Position numbers and translations under genes: made by a program
The notes under the pieces: model-generated
What the model was told of the DNA's origin: nothing
The model's input: the letters and a program-made list of their open reading frames with translations, nothing else
Database searches by the model: none
In this document: piece by piece, positions 54,459 through 64,000 of the stretch
Numbering within the stretch: position 1 is the stretch's first letter
Layout: each line of letters opens with the position of its first letter
Origin: Dimorphilus gyrociliatus
Taxonomy: Eukaryota; Animalia; Annelida
Length of the DNA: 64,000 bases
NCBI GenBank assembly: GCA_904063045.1
Contig: CAJFCJ010000021.1
Location: forward strand, 372,001-436,000
Reading direction: 5' to 3'

Positions 54459-56139
54459 ATGGATTCTTCAATGGAAATCGAAACTATATCAGAATCAGTT
54501 AAGAATGATGAACCCTCTAACGAAACAAATAAATCTAAACAGAAATCGAACAATTCTAAACTTCCGTGGTAAGTTAAAGTAAAAACAAAAAAAAACGAAC
54601 CCAAAGTATTAAACGAAATACTTTCCATGCCAATGTCTTGATTGTGAGGTTTTTTTCAAGAGAAGGAACTCTTAAAATTTATGTTGCTTTATATACAATT
54701 TAGTAGAGAGGATATAGCACAAATTGGATTTCGCTGTTAGCTTAATTAAATATCCATTCGAAACCACTAAAAATTGCATTAAAAAGCCTAAAAAATGTCA
54801 AATGAATTTCAGGGTTGAAAAGTATAGACCAAGCAAGCTACATGAAGTTGTTGGAAATTCCGAAACAATAAAACGATTAGCCGTATTCGCCAAGAACGGG
54901 AACGTTCCCAATGTCATTATAGCCGTTAGTTCATTTCCCTTATTAAAACGATTCAAAGAAAGCTTATTGATAATTCCTTCACAGGGACCACCAGGGACAG
55001 GAAAAACAACAAGTATACTATGTCTAGCCAATGAACTATTAGGTGATCTTTCAAAATCAGCCGTTTTAGAATTAAATGCATCACACGATCGGTAAAACTA
55101 AAATAAATTTTCCCCTCTTCCTTTTATATATTCATTATTGTTTTGGCTCCAGAGGAATTGATGTAGTAAGAAATAAAATCAAGATGTTCGCTCAAAAAAC
55201 TGTGAATCTACCTCCAAACAGGCATAAAATCATTATTCTGGACGAAGCTGATAGGTTTGACAAACAGGAAACTATATTTATTAAATAAGCATTTTGCTAA
55301 ATATTTTAGTATGACTATGGGAGCTCAACAAGCTTTGAGAAGAATTATAGAATTGAATTCGAATACAACAAGATTTGCCTTGGCTTGTAATGCTTCTGAC
55401 AAAATCATAGGTATTCTGATATTTAAATAAGATATTGATCTTGAAGCTCTATTTATTTTGATAGAGCCTATTCAATCAAGATGTGCTATGCTTCGCTACT
55501 CCAAATTAAGCGACGCCCAGATACTTGATAGAGTTTTAGTTGTATGCCAGGAGGAAAACGTAAAATATACGGATGATGGTTTAGAAGCTATTGTATATAC
55601 AGCTGAAGGGGATATGAGACAGGCATGAATTTTTTATTCTGTTTCTCTATTTTTAAACTTGAAACTATTAAATGTTCCTTGTTTAACACTATCATTCTAT
55701 AACAGGCCTTAAATAACCTACAATCAACCTTTGAAGGATTTGGTTTTGTGAATAGCGATAACGTGTTCAAAGTTAGTCCTATTAAGATATTTATTGGCTA
55801 TCCAATATCGCATGGTTTATATTTTTGTATTCTATTTTCCAGGTGTGTGATGAACCGCATCCAAATTACGTAAAAAATCTGTTGACACACTGTGGAAAGT
55901 CAGAGTTTGACAAGGCATATGAAATAGTTTCATATCTTTGGAATCTAGGTTATTCTCCCGAAGATATTATAACAACAATAATGAGAGTATGCAAAACTCA
56001 CGATATGCCTGAATTTATGAAATTAGACTTTGTTAAAGAAATAGGGTTAACTCATATGAAAGTTATTGAAGGTAACGGAAGCTTATTGCAAATGGCCGGA
56101 TTATTGGCTAGATTATGCAAAGTTGCTAATCCGGTTTGA
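54459..56139 (+). CDS. RFC2: Replication factor C subunit 2
   Basis: Multi-exon gene. It reads [19 protein letters not shown], Walker [72 protein letters not shown] and VCDEPHP. Confidence 0.96.
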
Positions 56140-59100
56140 AGAGTTGATCGATTCATTATTGAACTATAAGCTAACGAGGAAATGTGTTCCATCGATTTTT
56201 TTCGATCAATCTTTTTGCTAACCTTTGTCCATTTTTTATATTACCGACTCCTAATCTATCCTTGAATTTTACATATATAGCATACATTATATATCTATAT
56301 ATAAACGTATATATTTATGTATATCTATACATTATATATAGCTCTAAGCAAGAAAACGAGCATCATTTTCATATTTTTTTACATCTATATAAAAACAATA
56401 TCTGTCTTTTAAATATAGAACTACGTAATAACTCATATACATTTTTTCTTTATTACCAGAGGTCAAGTACGTCCTCTTTTACTTATCATTGTCCTTTTAG
56501 AAAACAGGTGGCTGACTTTCTTTTTTTTTTTTTAATACTATACTGAAATCATTAATTACGTTTTTTACTCTCTTTAATTCTCTACTATCTTACTCTTATA
56601 AGAATATATAGAAAAACAAAAAACAATTACCTATTATATTCTTCTCTTGAAGTACCGCCTCCTTCTTTTTAATTTACAGTAAATTATCTGCTAAATAGCC
56701 GATACAAATACTTAGTGACTTGAATTTTGATAACGTTAGCCGCCTGTCCTAAATTAGGAACAACTTGTAATACCTTTTTTCAACTTTCTATTAATAGTTT
56801 AATTATGTAAATGCTATTAAATATATACAATATTTGAAAATATTAGGTGTATGCTATAATATTAATCTTTAATAGGAATTTTTTAAAAGAAAAGAGTTCA
56901 GTAAACTTTTTCCATGGCAAGTTAAAATAAGCAAACAGACCATTAAACAAATAAAATAAAATCAACTGACTTTCGGACAAAACGTCCTTGTAGAGGATAA
57001 AAATTTTAAAAATTTCTCTTTTCTTATATCTACTAACGTCTTTATTTTAGTTCAATTATAAAAAAAGTGCTATTTCTTTAGAGGTAAAAAACCACTTTAT
57101 ATTAATTATTTAATATATCACTTTGCTTTCCTTAACAAACTTTATAATTAAAATATTAAGAGCGAATGGAATCAGATCACAATCGAATTTTAGGCTTTAA
57201 AAAGAGAATGTTACAATGTATAAGCATTATATTGATACCTTCTATACAGTATATCATAAGGATATAAAGTCGATTAATCTAACCGAGAAAATAGGGAGAA
57301 TAAAGGTCTTCAAAACTGTCTGCTCTCCTGGCTTTTAGGCTATTTGTTTAATTTTTATGTTCGATCGATCTTATCACCCTTTAAATAACGTAAAACAAAT
57401 ATTTCTTCTCTCATTGCAATAAGTCCCATTATAAATTAGTTGTATTCCTTAATATTTCTTACATTAGTACAGCAGTATTTCTATATGTCTTGGTATATAC
57501 TAATAGATAGAACAGTGCACTTTTCAAACATACTACGCATTTTTTTGCATTATTTTCTAATACATTAAATATATACAGTATATACAATTTCGTATAAAGG
57601 AGAAGTTATATATTGCATTTATCTCTTTTGATTTTCCTTCAATCATTCCCCTTTCATCTTTCCTTTCAAAATGAAATTTACGACAGTTTTTCCATTCAAG
57701 TAATTTGTGACCAAAAAGAAAATAAACAATGTTTAAATAGTTGATTGCCATTAATAAATCTCTCTCTTTTTAAAGATAAATACGAAGAACAATAACATTT
57801 TCTAACTACTAGAAGACCCATACAACATATTGAAAGTAGAAAATAGAGGTTATTTTCTCTTCTTTTTTCATTTCCCTATGTTCTTTACTTAGCTTTGTCT
57901 TTTTTTTTATAAAAAAAAAAACCATACTAAACACGTTGCAAAACTGTTGTAAAACATATCATTTAATGAGCTATTAAATGTACTTTTATTAATGTATAGG
58001 CAATATTAAACACGATAAAAGTGAAAAATAATAATATATACAGTATATATATACAGTATATATATACAAATATATAAAATCTAGCGAAAATCTATTGAAA
58101 TTTGTTAAGATAAAAGGTAAAAAGTAAACCAAAAGGTTGTTAATACAATTACTATAGATGCAAACAAAATAAGGAGTGTTTAAAAACAGCTGTACAGTTC
58201 GACATTTATCAACAATAAGTCACGTTTGCGACTGATTTCCCAGATGTATATACTTTAAAGGTATAAGATCTCACAGTGCATAGTTTTCTTTTATTTTAAA
58301 AATTGAATATATTTACATCTTATTATACAATAAGCAAAGTTGTAAAACTGTATGATTGACAACGGATTACAAGGAAGAGAAAATATTGTCTTTTTTTTTA
58401 GTATTGCTATTAAAAGATATTAGGGCATATGGGAAATATCTCATACAAGACAAAGGATACATACTATATATTATATACTATATATCTCTATTTATACATG
58501 TTTAGTCTGTATATATTTATAGATTTGCATGCTTCCCTCATTATAAGAAAATACTGTATATATACTATACATTATAATAGTTTCGTGTCTGTCTCTCTCG
58601 CTCTGTGCGTATCAAGCAAGAATTTCACGATTAGTCCCTTTGATATATGATTATTTCTTTTGTAACAATCACAAGCAGATTACCTTTTAATATACAAATA
58701 ATAGATATCTGTATTTCTTTTTAAAACGACTTTGTGATGTAGGCCTGTTTAACCTCTATTCTATTAATGTGAATAGGAGCAGGTCAGAGTATTGTTTATG
58801 CTTTTCATGAAAGGTTAACTAGAGATTTTAGTAAAAGGGAAAGTTTTCGCCAATTAGTTGCTACCAGAAACGAGAGATTTTTTACTTTTGTCTCGACTAA
58901 CATCATCAGTTTCCCTTTCTCTTTCGTCTTCTTCTTCTTCTTCTGCTTCGACTCTAACTAAAAGTGGGATACGTAGTAGGAGAATATAACCTTTGAAGTT
59001 GTATAATAATAAGTTAGTTGCTGTATATTAATATAAATCAGCCATTAGATTTATTTCATTAAAACTATTAATTATCTTCTCCCCCCAGGTAGTTTATCTT

Positions 59101-59567
59101 GAAATGTTAAGTTAAGAACTTTAAGATTTGTAGGACATCTAGTTAAAATATTAATCACTTATCATATTTGAATATGAAATTCTACAGATTCTATAGATAA
59201 TAATAATACAATTTAGATACAGAAAAGAACATATAAATGAAACAACTAGGCTATATTCTATATATTTTGACCTAAATATATCAAAAAAGAGCATTCTTAA
59301 TAACTCTCTATTTACCAGTTTCTTTTTATGTATCATAAACGTAACCAAACTGAAAATTACTTGTAATGATTATTGTAGTATTATTAATTTTAGCTTAATG
59401 TAGTATTTCCTCAATAACCATTCCTACTCTTTGTCTATCTTGTTCAGAGAGGATATTTAATATTAGGCCAATTAAATAGGTAGAAATTTAAATAATTTTC
59501 TATGTGCTATATATGAGATATTAATCTATTTCCTGTCATTCCTCACCTGTATTATCGCTCCACACGC

Positions 59568-60223
59568 ATGAATTCTCTTAAACGTTTTTATCATGGTATA
59601 TCATTATATTCTAATAAATTTTTACTTGCATTCGAATGTGAATCTTTTTCAAATATATAACTAAAGAGTTCGTTAATAGAAATCTAATATACCAATTGTG
59701 TTTTTTATATAAAAATAATTGTGTAGTTCGTTGTCAATACACCGAAAAAATGCATTCCATGACCTTTTTTAGCTAACGGATTCATTATCAAAAAGACCGT
59801 CCGAAAAGTAAATCGAAAGAATTTAATTTACGCCTACATTAGTTTGTTTTTATTGACGTTGATCCACCACGAATTCTTGGCTTACTATTGGGTTTCGTCG
59901 TCTTGGAAAAATCCTAGTTCAAATTACCAATCGGAAAATGATGTGAAAATCTTATTTTTGGCGGATCCACAATTGTTGAACGACGAAGAAAATTCATGTT
60001 TGTCTAATTTGGCATTATGGGACTCTGATAGGTAAGAATACGTTAATAAAAGATACTATATAATAAATAGGTATTAAATTATAGACATGTAGAGAAAGGA
60101 TACAAATTTTCCTTATAAGCTCAATTAGAATTTTCATTTGCTATTTATAAAGATAGAAACAGAGTGAGATGAATGCGGATATTTAAAAAAAATACTAGAT
60201 GGCACTGTAGTTTAATGCTAGAT

Positions 60224-60255
<32 letters not shown>

Positions 60256-61433
60256 AAATAATTAAGTTTTTTCTTCTTGTTAATAGTCACCTGTCAATAA
60301 AATTCAATATATTATTAATGGAATATTACAAAAGAAAATTTTGTGTAGGGAACAAAATCTTTATAATAATTGACGATGAATTTAATTGATATAAACATTA
60401 TAGAAATAAGGAAATCGTATTTATTTTCATAGTTTTTCAATTATTTTCTTTGTTTTTATAAAAAAAAAACTTTAAAGAAAAATTAAAAGAAATAAAAGTT
60501 TAAGCTTATTCTTTCATTTTTTTTTCTTCCCTTCCAAAAAGATATGTTAGAAGAACATTTGAAACTGTGATAACTTTCTTCAAACCGGAAATTGTTGTTG
60601 TAGTAGGAGATGCACTTGACGAAGGTAGTACGGCTCACTCTTCTGCGTTCTTACGATCTGTTAAAAGATTAAAATCGATATTTAATAAGAAGGAACTATT
60701 TGAAACAATATATGTTGCTGGTGACAACGATGTTGGCGGAGAAGGGCTTGATTTTAGGGTTCCATGGAAATTACAAAGATGGGAAGGTTTTCTTAATGCT
60801 AAAGAAAAAGATGTTATTCCAAAAAAATTTTTAAGACTATTAACTATGCATTATGATATCTACGATCTCGATGATGAAGACACTCCCTATTTGTTAGATA
60901 GATTAAATAACATTGGTTGGGGTTCAATAAGGGTTATTGTTAATCATATGCCTATTTTAAGTCGATACCGTCCTTATTTTGAACCACTTATTAAGGAAAC
61001 TAGGGCAAATCTCATCATTTCTGCTCATACACATCATTCACACTTAATGACCTGCGTGGATTGCCGTGAAGGACATCATAAGGCTTCCAATACTTGGACT
61101 GGTGGTGTCAGGCGTCTAGATGATTTTTATGGTGTTGCTAAACTAAATATTGCCGACCCACTCATTATACACGAGTTGAATATCGCCACCTGCAGTTATC
61201 GCATGGGAGTTCAAAAGATGGCGTATCTATCGACAGTATTTCAAAGTAATGGAACCCTCCTTGCATCTTTCTTCCACTTACCAAATCGACTTGGCCACCT
61301 GTATAGTTACGTAATTTTTATATGTCTTCCAGTGGTCATATATATTCTGACCGTCCTTTGGTTTTACCTAGTAAAAGCTGTCCATCTGGTTGGCATTAGG
61401 CGGTCGGAGGGTTCGACTTGCCAACGTATATAG
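59568..61433 (+). CDS. Metallophosphoesterase, MPPE1/PGAP5/Cdc1-like
   Basis: Exons 59568-59595, 59773-60031, 60542-61433 join in phase. There is an N-terminal TM helix, ILFLADPQL, WDSDRY, VVGDALDEG, YVAGDNDVG, VNHMP, SAHTH, TCSYRMG and a C-terminal TM helix. Confidence 0.85.
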
Positions 61434-61616
61434 GATTACACCAGCTTTTTCTTGGCAGGAGGTCACTAAGAAAAGGGAACCGAAAACTAAAGAAGGGAAT
61501 CTCATCTTATTTTAAATACACTTTTTATCTAGTATTTGAATCTAAGAGAGAAAATATTATAATAATAAAGCCGCACCCATATAGAGCGTATTATGTAGGC
61601 TGAAAGCAGAGTCGCG

Positions 61617-61731
61617 CAGCTGGCAGTAGTCAAGAGGTAGTTATGGCATTGATCTGGAACCGTGCTGCAGCACCTGTTAAGCTCGGTCGGTTCGGTTGCA
61701 GGTGGCGCCTGGCTTATCTGTTCTGCACCTG
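61617..61731. promoter_or_regulatory. E-box cluster upstream of ATOH8
   Basis: CAGCTG at 61617, CACCTG at 61671, CAGGTG at 61699 and CACCTG at 61726: four sites within 115 bp. Confidence 0.6.
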
Positions 61732-61751
61732 GCACACTCGACCGTCAGAAA

Positions 61752-62186
61752 ATGGAAGAAGTACAACGCCGTAACAAGCGTAAGATGAGTGAACCGAGGA
61801 AACGTATTAGGTTAGAGCAGGAAGACGATATGGAAGATGAAGGAAACAAAGAAAGATGTTGGGAAGAAGTCGCTACAAATAGTAAAAGATCAAGAAAAAA
61901 TTACAAAAATATGACAAGGGAACGTCGAGTCGAAGCAAACGCTAGGGAACGATCCAGAGTTCACACAATTAGTGCTGCCTTTGAAACTCTTAGAAGAGCC
62001 GTGCCATCTTATTCCTACAATCAAAAATTATCAAAATTGGCCATTCTACGGATAGCTTCCTCATATATTCTCGCCCTAGCCCGCCTAGCAGGAGACGAGC
62101 ACGACGAAAAGCCAGACTTTGCCGAATGTGTCGATATGTGTACAAGAACTATTCAAGCGGAAGGCAGAGCTAAACGCCGTCATTGA
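61752..62186 (+). CDS. ATOH8: Atonal-family bHLH transcription factor ATOH8/net
   Basis: The bHLH reads TRERRVEANARERSRVHTISAAFETLRRAVPSYSYNQKLSKLAILRIASSYILAL, followed by the family-specific tail DFAECVDMCTRTIQAEGRAKRRH. The first ATG is at 61752; the ORF-track start at 61662 is a GTG. Confidence 0.93.
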   Translation: MEEVQRRNKRKMSEPRKRIRLEQEDDMEDEGNKERCWEEVATNSKRSRKNYKNMTRERRVEANARERSRVHTISAAFETLRRAVPSYSYNQKLSKLAILRIASSYILALARLAGDEHDEKPDFAECVDMCTRTIQAEGRAKRRH

Positions 62187-63412
62187 ACTAGCTCTTTCAA
62201 TTGATTTTCATTCTTTTTTATACCGGATCTGTGATATAGAACAGCTGTTTTATCTATGTATATATACATACGGCACAATAATGGATATAGCGCGTATATT
62301 CTACAGGATTAATCAATGAACAGGTGCTGCGATTTACGTAAACAATTCGAACGCCGTTGCCGGGCGCTAGCTGCCAGATGTTTCGCAGATAAGCCTAATT
62401 TGTTGCTACACTCTCAATTTAGTCGGCTTTTTAGATAAGATGCGGCGGGAAATTCCTACCCGTATCTTTTTCTAAATAGATAAAAGCTAGGCTAGTGAAC
62501 GGAAGGGAAGAAACAGACAATGGGCTAAAGAAAAAAAAGAATTATTATGAACCTTACTTCTTTATACGATCAGTTTTATATACGTGCAAAAATTTTATTA
62601 TTCGCGTAGTTCAGAATTCTTAACTAGGTGGCGTCTCTTAGATGTGATATATCAGTCGCTTTCCATTGTAATTTCTCTTTTAATACCTTTTGACATCTCT
62701 TCAACGATGTCTTACCAAAAGAAAGAAACTGAACATTTTATAGCCAATAAGTTATTCTCATTTCCTTATTTGTGTCAAAATGGAATTTCTAATATCTCTA
62801 ATTACAGGACTAAGTAGTAAATCCTAGAATTTCAAATCTTCCGCCTTTCCTATAAGTTTTCTTCCTTTTTTATTTCCTAGATACTATATCTATATACTTC
62901 TTTTCCTTTGTCACGATTTTGAAGTTGAGAAGCATGTAAAATTGAAATGAAAACTACTCTTGTACGGTTTTAAAACATAATTAGACAGGTTTGTTAGTAG
63001 ATTGAGTCGTTGATTCTTACCAACCCCCTACTTGGTTTTCATTGTTATCATAAGAGAATCGTTTTCTTACAATATCCAGTTGTAGATCAATGAAGGAGAA
63101 AAAGAATGCATTATTTTGCAGAGTACAAAAAAACTGACGTCATACTTTAGTACAGGGCGAATAGATTTAATACAGTGACCGTCTCCATTGAGCTTGTAAA
63201 AGAGACGTATCAACCCGTTTAAGGTTAGGCCTAAAGACGCACTGGCTTTTTAGCAAAAGGTCGCTTTGTTTGGCATGGTTTGCCGAATGATCGTAAATGA
63301 GAAAAACTAACGATAGAACGCATTGTATTCCTCAACTTACTCAATTGTAGAACAAGAGCTGGTTATAGGCTTATGTTAAGATTAAAGATACTAAATGTAT
63401 TGTGTATCACAT

Positions 63413-64000
63413 CTATAGTAGAAGGTGACCTTTCAACGTGACCTGAGCATTCCCAGTTAACTCTACACGGTCATCTAAGACACTTATGTTTACGGTGCCT
63501 TTTCTTGCTCTGCCTTGTCTTGCTCTCATTTTCTTTTTATTCAAGATGTCAGACCAAAAACTACTAAGAGTCGTATGTGCTGAACCAGTAACGGGATCTT
63601 CATTTACTCCTAACCAAGGAGCAAACATTCGCGAAACAAAATCATAGCTTTTGCCTTCTTTATCCTTGAATTTGTCTCCTTTCATTGTCACTGATATCCA
63701 TTCAGTAACGCTTGTATTTAGTAGCCTATGAAAATTTGGCGTAAAAGCTTCAAACTCTTCAGCACTAACTGAATCCTTTAGGTGAACAAGTCCATATTTC
63801 AGATTCTTTGATAAATAGACGCCTTCAATAGGTAAATTACCCGAAACTTCATCGCATACTATCTTCCAATCTCCTTCAATACTCTCAATTCTTTCCAATG
63901 TTTTATCCAAAGGCAATGAAATAGTTATACCTTCTCCATGCTTTCTTGCAAACAAACTACCACTCTTTCTTGTGACGAATTCAATTTCTTCGTTCTTATT
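63413..64000 (-). CDS. PBLD: Phenazine biosynthesis-like (PhzF/PBLD) protein, 5' part beyond the window
   Basis: It contains YDFVSRMFAPWLGVNEDPVTGSAH, the PhzF/epimerase-fold motif, and the C-terminus RVELTGNAQVTLKGHL. Coding sequence appears to continue past 64000. Confidence 0.88.
   Translation of the reverse strand, partial: NKNEEIEFVTRKSGSLFARKHGEGITISLPLDKTLERIESIEGDWKIVCDEVSGNLPIEGVYLSKNLKYGLVHLKDSVSAEEFEAFTPNFHRLLNTSVTEWISVTMKGDKFKDKEGKSYDFVSRMFAPWLGVNEDPVTGSAHTTLSSFWSDILNKKKMRARQGRARKGTVNISVLDDRVELTGNAQVTLKGHLLL

Noticed and set aside
58857-58958. Minus-strand acidic exon-like frame (VRVEAEEEEDERERE…)
   Set aside because: It is largely produced by a (CTT)n microsatellite, and no phase-compatible upstream exon with a normal intron was found.
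61405-61420. GGTTCGACT T-loop-like sequence
   Set aside because: It lies inside the MPPE1-like CDS with no cloverleaf or A-box, so it is not a tRNA.

Overview
This is AT-rich genomic DNA from an animal with a compact genome. Many GT-AG introns are only 50-100 nt and intergenic gaps are short. The gene set and the expanded peptide-receptor-like GPCRs suggest a compact lophotrochozoan such as the annelid Dimorphilus gyrociliatus; this is inference and was not checked. Genes were assembled by hand from phase-compatible splice sites. In order: a 675-aa disordered corepressor-motif protein, UPRT, SIAH, DNAJC28, ABCB7, a candidate unannotated secreted protein, an FMRFamide-receptor-like GPCR, an intronless two-BIR IAP, a two-exon neuropeptide-like precursor, SMAP-type ArfGAP, AGMO, a SAXO5/TEX45-like ciliary protein, three paralogous intronless GPCRs, a claudin/PMP22-like protein, a C2H2 zinc-finger protein, RFC2, an MPPE1-like metallophosphoesterase, ATOH8/net, and a PhzF/PBLD gene cut by the window end. 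No rRNA, tRNA, CRISPR array or intact transposon was recognised. The best candidate for something new is the 125-aa secreted precursor at 24498-25066 (-). It has a signal peptide, an 8-Cys module, one amidated RFamide-like peptide (LMKF-amide) and four Glu-terminated sibling peptides whose GAA codon is one A>G change from the amidating GGA. It lies about 6 kb from an FMRFamide-receptor-like GPCR. Other leads: a spliced uORF whose stop overlaps the SIAH start, a SIAH degron inside SIAH itself, a GGTTAW palindrome cluster upstream of the IAP, an E-box cluster around ATOH8, and a dispersed CAGTA-interrupted (TA)n element.
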